Assembly: GCA_038496445.1 (NCBI GenBank) | Contig: JALMLS010000277.1 | Location: 355,091 to 419,090, forward strand | DNA length: 64,000 nt | Direction of reading: 5' to 3' | From: Trichosphaerium sp. ATCC 40318 | Taxonomy: Eukaryota > Protista > Tubulinea | In this document: piece by piece, positions 42,080 through 55,613 of the stretch | How the letters are laid out: each line of letters starts with the position of its first letter | How positions within the stretch are numbered: position 1 is the first letter of the stretch | Program-made: the position numbers and the translations under genes | The notes under the pieces: generated by a model | Databases searched by the model: none | What the model was told of the DNA's origin: nothing | Seen by the model: only the letters and a program-made list of their open reading frames with translations

Positions 42080-43748
42080 ATGGCAGATAACAAAAAGGCT
42101 GTAAAAGTGCCTAAACCAATTCTTCCTGTTAATACTACAGAGGCACGTAATGCGCGTAAGATAAAGCGCTCTGTGTGGGAAGGAGAGGAAGTTGTGGACT
42201 ACCATAAACCTTTCTCGGCGGAGGACTTTGAAAGCTTCATAGATTTCTGCCATTCAGACGACCCTCAATGGGTACAGTGCCTCAAGAAAGAAAACTTGAT
42301 TGTGTGGAAGCGTGAGGTACCTATCTATTATCTTTTATATTGTTCGAACTAGCGTCAAACACGAGTGTAAGCTACAAAACGCGAGTGTGCTCTTTAACAA
42401 CAGACATTTCACCAAAAAACACCGTTTATGTGTCAATTGCCCACCTAACACCGTAATAGCTCACCAAAGAGGAGAAATCTAACTCAGACATTCGATGCAT
42501 ACGTCTCCAGGCAACTTTCGAGGGTTACGACCCAGGTACACGTCACTCACGAACTCTTTGGCACTAACATTGACCGTAGATAAGCTCTACGATTTAATGC
42601 ATGATCACGAGTACCGTAGGACTTGGGATGAGAACATGCTTGATGGCTACCCAGGTATTACTTATTTTTTGTAGTAAAAAGAATCACAATGAGAAATACA
42701 TCACTAGACGCTGGTGTCATAAAGTCTTATAGTGTAGACTCCTTTTTTTTTTCCTTTTTTCATTTGAACTAATACTTGTACCAAACCAGTACAAATCATC
42801 AATAAGACGCACGAAGTTGGTTATTACGCAGCCAAGACACCACCAGGAATGAATCAACGCGATTTCTGTAATAAGAGAGGCTGGAGACGTATGCCAGAGC
42901 GTAAAATGTGGATGATCATGAACGAGAGTGTGAGACATCCTGGATGCCCTGAATATAAAGAATTCATCCGGTAAGCTACCCAATAACAGTTTACAGTCAA
43001 AAAACCGCTTGGACAGACTACTTTTTTTGATTTTTGATTTTATCTGAATCTCGTCTATTCTTTCGTATGCTGACGTTTTGCTAGTGCTTGGTCCTACCGT
43101 ACTGGTACACTTTTGAAGGACATTGGCGATGGCAAAGTTCAAATGATTTATACAACACGTAGTGACCCACGCGGTACGTAAATTTTGATTTTTTTTTTTC
43201 ATATTTTCAAAACACTCCGTATTACGTTGTTACGTCTATTGATGTCTCATATTATGTCATAGGTTGGATTCCAGCATGGCTTGTTAACTCTATTGCAACA
43301 AAATTTGTTCCAAAGTTCCTTGACAAAGTGTTCAAGGCTTACGCCAAGTATGACGTTTGGGTAAACGCCCAAGAGTCTCAAGATAAATTCTGGCTTGACG
43401 ATGAAGAAGATGACCCAACTATTGGTTGGACACCAAAGCAAGCAAGAAAGAATGGTTTCCGTAAAGATAAAGTTTACACTTGGCCAGGTACGTACTGTGC
43501 TGTAGAAGCTTGATTTTTTTCCTTTTTTTCTTACTACCGAATGATGATTCTCCAAAAGAGGAAATAAAACCTCAACCAAGTTGTTTTGCAAGAAATTACG
43601 TTTTTGGTGTTGTGTTAGATCCTATGAGTTTCTTATTTGTTATGTAGGCGCAAAGAAGGTTAAAAGTTCAAGTTCTGACTCTAAGAAGAGCTCTGCTAAG
43701 GAAGAAACGGAGAAGTCACCTAGGAAATCTAAAAAAGCGGCTAAATAG
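42080..43748 (+). CDS. START-domain lipid-transfer protein (PCTP/STARD10-like)
   Basis: LYDLMHDHEYRRTWDENM, VGYYAAKTPPGMNQRDF, IMNESVRHPGCPEYKEFIR, TGTLL, RSDPRGWIPAWLVN. Confidence 0.88.
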
Positions 43749-44151
43749 ATGGTCCCCTTTTTTTGGGTGATCATACTTCCTTGTACCCTACTACCTTTCT
43801 GTATCAGATTAATAATAAGAACAGCACAAATTCCTCCCTTTTAATCAATGATTATCACGTAGTATGGCGACACCGTACGTGGGTTGCTTTTTTTTCTTGG
43901 TTTTTCATTAAGAGGGCAGTATAATATGACCGTAAGTAGCGAAATGAATCGCCGAAAGTTTGAGTTTATTTGCAATTGTTACGTGTGAGTTTATAGCGGA
44001 AAATAGCGTGTGGATATGTGTTCAACAACTCAGCCCGAATATTAATTGCGGTCGCTGTTTTTCGCAAATTTTACGTTTACAGCTGGATAATAGATGGCAA
44101 CAAAGGCAACAAATATTGCTACATAAGCGCTCACGTATTAATACTATAGCA

Positions 44152-47064
44152 ATGGACTCAAAGAAACAAAAGAAGTAATGATATTTAAAATTTTTCACAA
44201 CTACCCCTGTAGTTACGTTAAACACACCGTAGGAAGAGCAGGGCGCGTTTGTTCAGCAAATCGTTCAGAGTAAGACGAAAGCGTTCAAAATCTGCTAGCA
44301 GTACGCAATCATCGCTATTGAAGTGCATAATTTACTTCATAGATAACTTGGAGGCACCAAATACGGCCAAGAATTCAATACGACCGAAATCCGCTCGGGG
44401 AACTCGTAGAGTACGTATTTATCATCCTAGCGTAATATTCAATTCTCATACTATTACAGGTGCTAATGCAAAAGAAAAAGGAACCGTTGGTGGTACGCAT
44501 TTTAATAAACTTCGAAACGGCACAACTAAAAAGTCCTAAAATGGAACCACACTGCTAAAAACTTACTTTCTTCAGGTATTCCTAGGCACCAGCGTAGGTA
44601 AAAGCTCTGCTATTCATCACTATCGAACGGGTGCGTTTTTAGATTACACAGATCCTACCATAGGTACGCTTTAGATGCAAGCGTTGTTATTCATAGTTTT
44701 AATCTCCTACAGAGGCTACTATATACGTGAAAAATCCAATTGTTACGGATAAACGTTTAAAGCTACTTGATACATCTGGAGATTCTATTTATGAAGAAAG
44801 TATGCACACAAGGTGGTTTTCTGATGGAGATGTTTTTGTTTTTATGTTTACAATCACTTCAAACGCCTCTTTAAAGCGTTTGAGTTACTTTGTTGATGAA
44901 GTACAACAACTCAATGGTAAAAATACACCTATGGTGTTAGTTGGAACGAAAGGTATACCTTGACTCGTCGACCAAGACGAAAAGTTGTCTTTTTCTTTTC
45001 TTCTTTTTTTTTTTTTTTGACACCTTTTTGTAGCGGATTTAGGAGAACAAAGAGAAGTTTCAAGTACAGAAGCGCGTAATAGGGCTGCGAATATGCGTTG
45101 TGAGTATATTGAAATATCCGCTTCTACAGGTAAATTGCCTTGTAAATTTCTTGTTTCTCTTTTTACTCTTCCTTTAATTTTTTTGGACTTGTTTTAACAG
45201 TTATCAGGACAAAATATTGTGGAGTTGTTTGTTATCATATCAAAGCTCATTACAGATCCACTAAGTAAGTGAACAATCAGACATGAAAGTAGATTCGACG
45301 CTTTTTTTTCCTCAGAAAACCAACTTATTTTATTGTATTTTTTGTTAAACTATTAATCTTTAGGAGAGAGTATGGATCTAGAAGCACCTAATCACCTTAA
45401 AATAAACAAAACAAAGGTTTCTAATGTACTTTCTAGTATGATGCATCGTGCATCTGATACAAGCGAATCTGATTCTGTACGAAACAACTATATTCTTATT
45501 TTTTTTTTCTCTTTGCTTTTTTTTTGTTGTCAGTTCAAAGTTTTCTACTTTGTTCGTTTTATGAAATTTTTTTATATGTTTTGACACTTTTGTTGTGTAG
45601 CTTGGAAGTAGAGAATATAAAGTATTAGTCCAATCAAATAAAAACGAGACTGATAAACTACTTCTTGGTCAGCCTTATCTTATCTCAGTACATCACAGAT
45701 CAATCACTTTTTGGGATACCTCTGGACCACGCACTCGAAAGGTTATATGTTTATCATTAACGTGATTGTGCACGTATACTGAATTTTGAAATAGGTGCAT
45801 ACTGTAAAAGATATAAGACCAAAGAATGCAACAATTTACAAAAAATTTTTGTACTATTCAAATGGATCTCGTGTTGATGCACGTAAAGTGAAGGTATACC
45901 CATTAAAATATTATATTTATGCTATAATAGTAGTTACTAACGTGTTGTTTATAGGATCCGCGTAAACTTGCTTTTAGTTACACCTTACCAGACGAAGGTA
46001 TGATATTTTTTTATTATTAGTTTGTGACGCACAGTGGTTTTGTTAATATGCTTTTAGATGATGAAATAACTCGTGTATATATTTGTATTACCGCAATAGC
46101 TTGCGGTACCCGTTCTGGTACAGTTTATGTTTGGAATTCTAATGGCCGTACAATAAAACTTTCGGGTATGTGTTTATTTATTTAATGTTTTTTTATTCAT
46201 CTTCTTGCTTAGGTCATAAGGATATAATCACTAGTATTGGATTTAGTGAGGAGAAAGAAATGATTCTCACGGGTTGTGCCGATAACACAGTTAAAATGTG
46301 GCCAATAGGCGCTGATCTACCTCCAGAGGATGATGATGAAGTACGTCATTCTAACTTTTGTTTGACATGAAATTGCTCACTGAATTCAGCACGTGACAGA
46401 AATATTACCATTTAAGACTCTTGATGGTCATAAGAATATAATAATGGGTATAACGACATATAAGAACCATATATATACATCCTCAACAGATGGGTCAATA
46501 AAACAGTGGAATGAACAAGTAAGTTACTACAATCCCAACTTTTTTTTTTTGTATTAACTGCTTGCGTAGGGAGAATGTTCCAATACTTTCACTACATCTC
46601 TTGAGGATATAAGAGTAGGATTTAATAATATGCAAGGTGGTGTTGCATTTGTAGTATCGTCATCATCTCATAAAATTGCCGCGTGGAAGCTATCTGTAAG
46701 TAGTTTTTTACACCAACTTTTTTTTGTTTTTTTTTGGGTCTAACATTTTCATTAGTCTGGTGCAGTACTAGCCACCTATAGTGGTCATCGTGGACAAGTA
46801 AATGCTGTTCAATTTAATGGACGCCATTTATTTACTGCTGGAGCTGATAGGACTATTTTTATTTGGGACATTAGGGTACAACAAAGACTGTGGCTTTTTT
46901 TGCTTGAAAAAAACGTACTTATTATTTCTTAGCATGGCGACTTGGTGTCTAAACTTAAGGGTCATAGTACTGCTATAACAGCTTTACTATTACATGGCGA
47001 CGTTCTGTACAGTGCTTCTGAAGATGGAGAAATACGTCAATGGGTAGTTAGAGACCTGGCTTAA
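44152..47064 (+). CDS. Ras-like small GTPase domain fused to C-terminal WD40 repeats
   Basis: VFLGTSVGKSS (G1), YTDPTIE (G2), LLDTSGD (G3), VLVGTKADL (G4), IEISAS (G5). WD40: GHKDIITSI...TGCADNTVKMW, GHKNIIMG...SSTDGSIKQW, GHRGQVNAV...AGADRTIFIWD, GHSTAITA...SASEDGEIRQW. Introns keep one frame through the linker. Confidence 0.8.
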
Positions 47065-47284
47065 CAACAGTGTAAAATAACGGAAAAAAATAATAAAGTA
47101 ACTGAGATAACAAAGTCATTGAATATGTACTAACCTTCCCTTTTGTATTAAGACTACATCTTATACTACGCAATAGCAACACTGTGGCATCGTGTTAGTC
47201 CCTCTGAGTGCCAAAATTCGGTAATTTACTCAAAGAGACTTTTTTACCTGTTTTTTTTTTGAATAAAATTATAGCCGTTACACC

Positions 47285-48368
47285 ATGATTCCATCATACG
47301 ACCGTGGGGATATTGAATTCGCATCTACCAATCCATACATTGTTGGTAGAGCTGAAGATCTGTATAAAACAGGCAAAGTAGGCTCCGTGAGCCCTTGTGA
47401 CGATCGCAATGGCTACGATGCATTCGTACAAGGTAGTAAAGAGTACTACGTGTACGTACACAATGATGACATTCAGGACTATTCTTGTACCTGCCCAATG
47501 GACGATATATGTAAGCACGTACTTGCTCTAGCGTTATACACGCTCCAAGGGTCTCCTACCAAAAAAAAGAGGAAAAAGAGTAAAAAGAACGTTGACGTTA
47601 ATAGCGTGTCATACATTACAAAAACAATACGAAAAGCCATTGAAGATATTGAACGAGTTGCTTATGGCCGACGGATGACTTGGTCTAGACAAATGGATAA
47701 GTTGTATGACTTCTGTGAAATTATTTCAACAGAAATGAAAAAGTTGCCGATAAACCTTGAGACAGTTGAGTTTCTTCGTGATGAGGTCAAGTGGGAATTG
47801 GAAAACACGAATGGTGACGATTCTCTTGGATACGCTGGAATGGTGTGCAGTGATATCGACGAAATTTGTGAAGAGTTTGAAACACAAAATGAAAAAACGA
47901 ATGAGCCAATTGTTATTGATGATAGTGAAGATGGAGATGACAGTTATGACGATGGAGAAGACAGTTACAAAGAACATAATGGTGATGACGATGAATACTG
48001 TAAGTCGTCAAACGCAGTGAAAAAGACGAATAATGTACGACTAGTTTACTAACCACCTCAAATTGAATTGGAGCTTTTTTCTTACTTTATTCAATAATTT
48101 TTCACGTTGCTTTTTTGTTTTTCGTGCTAATACTTTCTAGAATAAAACACCACCTTATGAAGTAGTCAAACCAATAATTGAAGCTAGTACGGTAGCCCAA
48201 CAACCAAGAAAGCGAAAGCGAAAAAGTATTGTCGATACAAAGAAAGCTGAGCCACCAAATGAGGCTAATGTAGTAGCTCAACAACCAAGGAAAAGAAAAC
48301 GTACAACTATCATCGTTAAAAAGAGAAAGATAACACATACAAAGAAAAAGAGAAAATGTGTTTCTTAA
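47285..48368 (+). CDS. SWIM zinc-finger protein (bacterial-type core) with an acidic tract and basic NLS-rich tail; 2 exons
   Basis: GRAEDLYKTGKV...AFVQGSKEYYVYV...SCTCPMDDICKHVLA (CxCx(n)CxH). Intron 48035-48140 (GTACGA...TTCTAG) adds NKTPP...VAQQPRKRKR...VAQQPRKRKR...KKKRKCVS*. Confidence 0.82.
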
Positions 48369-50758
48369 TTTTTTCTTCAAACTCACGTGCCGTTATGTTT
48401 ATTGCCAAAAACCCTTGGTTGTATTATTCTGTAATAAAACAAAATACCTCTACTTATAAGTACTCCAGTTGAAAAATGACTTAGAAAGGTCAAAAGGGAT
48501 GGTGACTATGAGTTTTCGTACAAAGTCCAATATATCATGAGAAGCGTGCAAAATTCACGTGGGTTCTGATTGTTTTAACAAAAAATAAAAGAACCAATGG
48601 GATGTGACTTTTTGCACGTGTTACCTGAATAAAAAAAGGACCAATCAGCTTTGACATCTTTCACGCCTTGTTTGTGTATCAAATATCAGCAAATACCAGG
48701 TCTATGCACCTCCTGCTTGTTGATTGGCACGTAAGGCTAAACAAAGAAGCCTAACCTCTGTACAAAGCTCCCTTTTTCTTCAAAAACTATTTTGTTCTTG
48801 AAATACTATACCACGACATTGTTTCTTGACAGAATTCTGTCTCATGCTTATCACGATTTTTAGTAACGCTATGTTGGCCAAATTTCTACGCGAAATACCA
48901 ATGGCACAAGATTGCTGGTTTACTTGGATAGGGGTTGCAACAAGAGTTCGTTGACTAATTTTTTGATAGTTTCTTTCGTTACTGAGGCTCTTGAGGAATG
49001 TAAAAAAAGATACACACGAGTGTTTTTTGAATCAAGAGGCAAATTGGCGAAGGTATAAAAGCTTGTTACTCACCAAGGTTTCCACATGGACAATTACATT
49101 ACGATGCTTGAAATTGGCAAGATCGTACTATTTCGTCGTAACGTCAAGCGATCAGAATTATTTTGATAACTTAGTGCTCCTGGAAGATCATATCAAGTAA
49201 GTGGACTTTGCTGTTGCTCAATTTTTGTTCAAGCGAAACAACTGCTATATTCTTAGCGCTGCGGTGGAACCTTCAGCTATGTTTTACCTTTTAGAAATGA
49301 CACCGCACCAAGAACATTTATGGACGGAACGTCACGAGAAAGTAGAAAGAATATACTATGGGAAACACCTTAAATTTGAACAAGGCAACCCAAACAATAG
49401 CAACGAGGACCACAACCCAGATCCTGAGAAACTTGTCAACAAAAAGCACCAAATATACATCAAAACAACAGCATAGAAGGTGGAACCAGAAAGGGAAGAA
49501 GAAAGAAGAGAACAGCAAAAAAAAAAAAAGGGTTTTGCTTTTTCAACAATTGAATACCAGACATTTTACTTTGCTGTCCTTAAACAATAGCTCTTATTAT
49601 AATAACTTCTTCAATCACCAAAGAATTCGTACTATTAGACTTTTTGAATAGCCTCAAACAATAGCCCTTCACAATAATATCTTGACTCACTCTATTGTGA
49701 AATTCAAAAACAATGACTTACAAGTTGCTGTGTTCTAAAATACTTTACGTTTAATGGCTAGTGCTAGTCAACATCCATCTAAAGTTAGCCTATGCAATAA
49801 ACGCTAGTCACTGTGTTAGTAGCGATATAGTTACCTCTATTAGTGAACCAGTGTCACAATGAGCGATGGTATAGTAAAGAACCAATTTCAACTCAAACAG
49901 ACTCAAGTTTTTGCTCAAAATATTTAAACCTGTTGGCGCTATTCAATGTTCCTTTTTCCACTATGTAAAATAGAAATCTACACTATGCGGTTTATTGTTA
50001 ACAGTAGTGTCACAGTATCTACAGCCACCAATTTTGCTTGGAACTGAAGTGAACATTCCACACTTTTGTCACATGATATCTTGCAATCTTACCGGTGGCT
50101 GGTTGAGGTCATCCAGTTTCCTCACTCAGATCAACGCAAAGACTTATTTGCAAGAATATAACAAATGACTGTTTGAAACATTTGACATATCTTAAATGTA
50201 TTAGCATCTCAGGTGAAAGCCGTATTACAAATGAATGCAATGATACATTGGGTATTACTATGAATAGATGCGACATTGTTGATGTATATGAACCTTTTTG
50301 ATATTTTAACTGACTAACAACTTCTTGTAATAAATATTTTGTTGAAAAGTATGTTTCACTTGATTAAAGAAGTTGTCATTCTATGTTCGTGTTAACACCA
50401 TTCAGATTAGAGATATGCATAGCTGCTTTTCCTGGTTCATCTTACAAACTGTATTCATTCTCAGGTATAACATATGAGACTGACCTTGTACGTATGTGCA
50501 CCAATAAAGATAGCAAGATTTATCATGACAAAAGTCTGGAATGATCGTTTAGTTCCAAGCTTGGATGGGTGTAGATACTGCAACACTACTTTATTGTAAA
50601 TAATAGTCTAGATTTAATCCTAAAAGTAACATCCAACAGACAACATGAAAGTCTTAAAACTCTAGATGGGCAAAGTGACAAGTGTCAGACTTTCAAATCA
50701 GGTAGGGACGATTAAGTCATGTTAAGTTCACACAATTTTCATTCAAGGCTATAAAATT

Positions 50759-51591
50759 ATGGTTAAATTCAGCGCTCTTAAAGCTTCTGTATTGGTTTCA
50801 ACGCTTTTACAGGTTTATGTTGCATTTACAGCCACTAATTGGCAAGTACGTGTTGGTAGCGCCTTGGTACCCCTTTATTGGGTACTTGCTGAGGTTTATG
50901 GGCGTACGAATGTTGCTAAAAAGGAAAACGCCAGCGCCAAAAGCGATGGCAATACAACTAACGTTTTATCGTGCTACTTACTACTGGCATTTGGGTTACC
51001 ACTATTAAACCATTTCATCCAATTACCTTACGGAGAAATCAAGGTACAACTTATAAGTTCAACTTTTCAGTGAACTTTTATTTGTCTGTTTGGGATTGTG
51101 TTTACACCTTTCACTAATTGAATATCTTGTCATGTGACAAATTATTTGAGATAATCAACATACCTTAGAGTCTTTTTATTTTGTTCTCTGTGATGTGTTG
51201 ATTGCTTACTTTCAAATAGATCAACGATATGATTGCACTTTTATTGATTGCTATTGGTATTTTTGGCATTATTGTTAGATTAGTTGCAATGAAGACTCTG
51301 GGTGATTATTTCACACGTACTTTAAGGACCACAGGCACTCAAAAACCGATAATGACAGGACCGTACTATTACGTTAAACATCCAGGATATGCAGCTAATT
51401 TTTTGGTCTGGCAAGTTGCATTCAATATTTTGGTTGGAAGGAACTGGTTTGTTTTGTTGGTGACTCTGACATTGTGGTATTTCGCTTACGAGAAAAGAAC
51501 AAATACTGAAGAACGTATGTTAGCTTCGTCTGTTCCAGGGTATTCTGAATATGCTTCCGGAAGAGCAAAGTATATTCCTTACGTGCTTTGA
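50759..51591 (+). CDS. ICMT/PEMT-family integral-membrane methyltransferase; 2 exons
   Basis: Multiple TM helices; AMKTLGDYFTRTL...GPYYYVKHPGY...EERML...YSEYASGRAKYIPYVL. Confidence 0.85.
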
Positions 51592-51797
51592 GCAGGTTGT
51601 AATAAAGAAAAGAACCCACAGTTGAACAAAAAAAATACTCTTTTCACCCAACACTTGATGCAAAGTATTTTAAGTAGCGCTTTGTTCGTACTTAGTAGTT
51701 GTTTTAAATTATGAGGACCTTCTCCTTACCTTATTATGTCGGGAGCATGCAATAAAACCAAAGTAAGACTTTTTTTGTGTTTGTTCGAAGTTTTTAT

Positions 51798-53263
51798 TCA
51801 AAGATCGAACATGCCTGTTAGATATGTTGGCGTTAATAATATGTTCTTGACAGCACTTATTACTTGCGAAATACCACAAGTTGATACAGATCGCCACTCA
51901 ATAATATCATGAAGTGCCACCTACACAAAAAAAGGCTTAGAATACGAAGGTTGAAAAACAAAAGCCTTAACAATCTTCAGGCTTGACGGGCGTACCATGC
52001 CGTTTTCAATGCTCGGATGGTATATATTTGTTATACATTCAACAACAGGAGGTGATCTAGGATAACTCGCATCGACCTTTAACGAGAATTTTATGCTTGA
52101 ATAATTTTGATAAAAACCAGATTTACAAACAACATAAAAATACAAGGTTGTTTGGCATGTGTTGCCTTTAGATAGTGGTAAAATAACTACACTAAAATCT
52201 TTATCTGATAAGTGGTTGTATTTTTCATTTCGAAGCTCTAGTGTAGTCGATTAGAAACGAACAAAACATAATCACAGATATCAAACTCAAAAAGCATTGT
52301 TCTTGGCAACAGAACATTTCGTTTCCGTTTTGTAATAAATTCTTGCGCACCTCTTCGTAGTCTATCAACTCCTGGCTCTGTTTTCCATGGATCAATGCCT
52401 TTACTTTCGAAAAACTAAGCAAAACGTCAACAATATCCTTTGGTGAACACGAAACAATTTCTGGATCCCAAAAAAAGAGGAAAAAGGAACTTTACTTTAC
52501 GCTGACACATGTCAAACGAAGAATACTGCGTAAAGTAGGATTTGGTATTTGTATGAGTGCACATACATTTGATATAGTTGCGAGAGCATCAGCTACTTCT
52601 CTATCATTTCTGTATGTATTGCTTTGAAGCATTTCAAACGTGCGTGTTATTGGCGATGTACGGCTGAGGTACTGTCGTAATAACAAAAAAGTGCTTAAAC
52701 ATGGTTTCTTTGGTACTGGGATAAACGCATTATAGATATCATTAATATGTGGTGTCCAAAGCTATCAATTAAATTAAAATCAACATTGAAATTTTAATCG
52801 ATTTGTCGTACTTGATTGTGGCGAGTTGTTAGTGCGAGTAAGTGTTTTGATGATACAGTAACTGCTAGCAAGTCATTTGCTTGTAAATATGAAAAAATAT
52901 GGCTCCTAAAGAGGTGTCAATGGCTTTTTTGGATTTTTTTTTTGGATAATTTGATCGTTTGTTTTTTTGTTATTTTCAGAAGACAGAATGAATGAAAATC
53001 GTACCAGAGTTCTGTTGGTAATGGTTCTATGTGTATATTTGTTGGCATTGTTATTGGACGACGTCGTTTTGTCCGTTTAATAGTTTCTTGCTCTATTTCT
53101 TCTACATCAGACGCAAAATACTGTAAAAGCTTGCGGCGTGCGTGCGCGATGTGTCTCGGCGCTAGTTTAGCTAAAAGTTTTCGGTTTTAGTGGAGTAAAG
53201 ACTAAAAAATACCGTACTTGGCGAAGGAGAGTCTCCTTTAGTTGGGGAGTATTGTGGAAGCAT
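51798..53263 (-). CDS. F-box protein with a C-terminal catalytically inactive UBC/E2 (UEV-like) domain
   Basis: F-box: IEPLPTELW/SHIFSYLQANDLLAVTVSSKHL. UBC: DRLRRE/LRNE...SGFYQN...FSLKVDASYPRSPPVVECITNIYHPSIENGM/VALHDIIEW (HPN to HPS, catalytic Cys to Ala). Confidence 0.75.
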
Positions 53264-53525
53264 TTTTAAGGGTTTATTCAAGTAGAATTTGCTGTTATTG
53301 ATCAAATAATGCGATACAGAAGGTTTCCAGGCGATATAGAGATTTAAACGAGATTTACGAGTACAAGCGTCAGTTAGTTATGAATGAAACCCAATAATAG
53401 TCTCTGCGTATATACTGCACTCCTCGTAACCTATCCTAAATGTTACGACTTAACCTCAATCGCAGAAAATCACTCTTTTTTCTCCTTTAAGCCAACACAG
53501 AGTCTGGTGAGCTGTTTTTTAATTT

Positions 53526-54709
53526 TTATTGTACAGTAACATACTCTGGGGGTACTACAAGATTAGTAGCTCGCTTTTTTTGCGTGAAATGTTTGAAAAA
53601 TGAGTCATTGTTTCTAAATGTTATATCCTCAATACAGAGAGGCTTGCTACGGGCTTTTTGAAGCGCTGTGCTTGTTGAATCAAGTTGTCTGTCTGCGAGT
53701 AAACGCAAACGAGGTGCAAAAGGTCCAATGAACATAAACTCTTGTTTCGATACTATCTTTGTGTTCATAGTATTCTAACGACAAGCGTAAGCGGTTGTAA
53801 AAAAAAATTTGTTGAGTACACAAACCTTTGTTGGCGTAATTCTCGATCTCCAAACCTCCAGCTCTCGCGTTAATGCGTGAAATAGCCTAAGAAATCTAGC
53901 GCGCTGGTTACCCTACAATTAAAAGTAAGATTAAACCTATTACAGAGCTGTAAAGAGACAATCTGTCAAAACCAAAAAAAAATCGACTTACTTTTCCTTT
54001 CCAACTGAAAATTTTATAGAATTGATTCCCTTCCTTTACAACGAGTTGAAGCCAGCATCTATCTTCTGAAAAGTGTGTACGAAAGTAATGTAATGTAGTG
54101 TTTGATATGGTATATTCTAGTGTAGACTTGCGGAAAATGCCATGTTTCTCAATTTCAAGCAATCCTGGAGAAAATACAAAGGAAATTTTGACTACAAGAA
54201 ACCCCATTAAGAATACAAATAGAGCCAATGATAGTAATGATAGTGTTAGACCAGCCAAGCCATAATAAAGTTCGTTTGATTCAAAATAGCCTGTTGTGTA
54301 TTTCTATACGCTTTTTAGATTGTTTTAAAGCGAATAGGGGCGTTTATTTGTTTGTCAGTTTTTTTCTCGCAACGATTGAAGTATTAACTCTACGTACGTT
54401 ATCTCCATATAGTAGAAGTGATCCTGAGCCAACAGACAAACATATAATAATTACAGGGAATAAAGTCAATTTACCTGTAAACAAGTACTAAAAACGTATC
54501 AGCGGCGAGTTATTTGTGCTCCGTACGTTAATTGTTTTCTTTCTTCTTTTAGGCGCTACGATAGGGTTGTAAATTGAGCCAATATTATCTCTGGTGCTAC
54601 TGAATACACTACTAGTAGCGCTCATTGAACTATTGTCGCGTCCCCACGAAATAGGGTTTGTTAATTCGCGTTGATCCTCAAGCTGCACCTGGTTTCGGTC
54701 ACTGCTCAT
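53526..54709 (-). CDS. Hypothetical membrane protein (two TM helices)
   Basis: MSSDRNQVQLEDQ...; TM1 LTLFPVIIICLSVGSG; TM2 LWLGWSNTIITIIGSICILNG or the alternative frame AGLTLSLLSLALFVFLMGFLVV; several GT-AG exons. Confidence 0.5.
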
Positions 54710-55613
54710 GGAGTGCTCTGAATACGCCCAGGTGCGTATGTTAAGTCTCGTTAGCCAATAAAAGAGTTTCACAAATCACAAGCAACCGACTTGTTGCCAC
54801 AGTGCACTTTATTTGTTACATTTTGTTGCTAAATTAGGACTGTATAAAGAGCAAAAAGCGCTAGATACTCATCAATCTTCTTGGTATTCACAATACTGCA
54901 CGTGACAATGTTATTAACTACAATTTCACACGCGCCTTAGGTGCATTCGTGGTGATATTTCACTTGGTATTAGGCAGAGGTGGTAGTGGTCCGGGTAACC
55001 TACGGCTAAGAAACTCAGAAACAAAATCTGTAATCAGCTTACACCGTTTAAAAATGTGAGATTTTGTTGGTGTTGTCATTGCGCCACATGCTTTTTACAA
55101 GTTATGCATGCTCTACATATATTGTGGCTTTGAATTTGTTTACGTTCGACGCATAGTATTAGCAAAAATGCAAAGAATGTTTGAGCTTCTTGCCTTATTT
55201 TTCTTAGAGGGTACACCGTTTAGCGAGCAGCTCTAAGCTTATTCTCTTGATTTTTTCTTATGCTAAATCACCAATCGCAATTTGTGAGTAGCTGGAATGG
55301 CCGTGAATACCGAGAATGTACCTCACTGCGCATGTTTACACATTTGCCAGTGGGTAAAGTACTCCCGCCTTCCCAAACGCAACTTTAACACCCAAATACG
55401 CCAACACGTGCGTGAGTTTAATTCTAGTTGGAAATCTAAAACCACATATTGGAGAATGGCTAGCGATATTCGTCTCACTTGCGCTAGTTGGTTTTTTGCT
55501 CTCAAGCGCTAAGATGTTAAATATAGGTTTACGGTACACGGGTAAATATTAACCGCATTTGTGATAGAAAACCCACAAAGCCAGTATTAAAACAGTGGAA
55601 GTACACTAGTCAC

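Noticed and set aside
48150-48330. Imperfect direct repeat that looked intergenic or CRISPR-like
   Set aside because: It is coding: the duplicated VAQQPRKRKR in the last exon of the SWIM gene.
54780-55600. Possible ncRNA or tRNA in intergenic gaps (also 5330-5950, 39950-40400, 60200-60560)
   Set aside because: No tRNA cloverleaf or T-loop, snRNA or clear snoRNA box arrangement could be supported by eye; an Infernal/tRNAscan run is needed.
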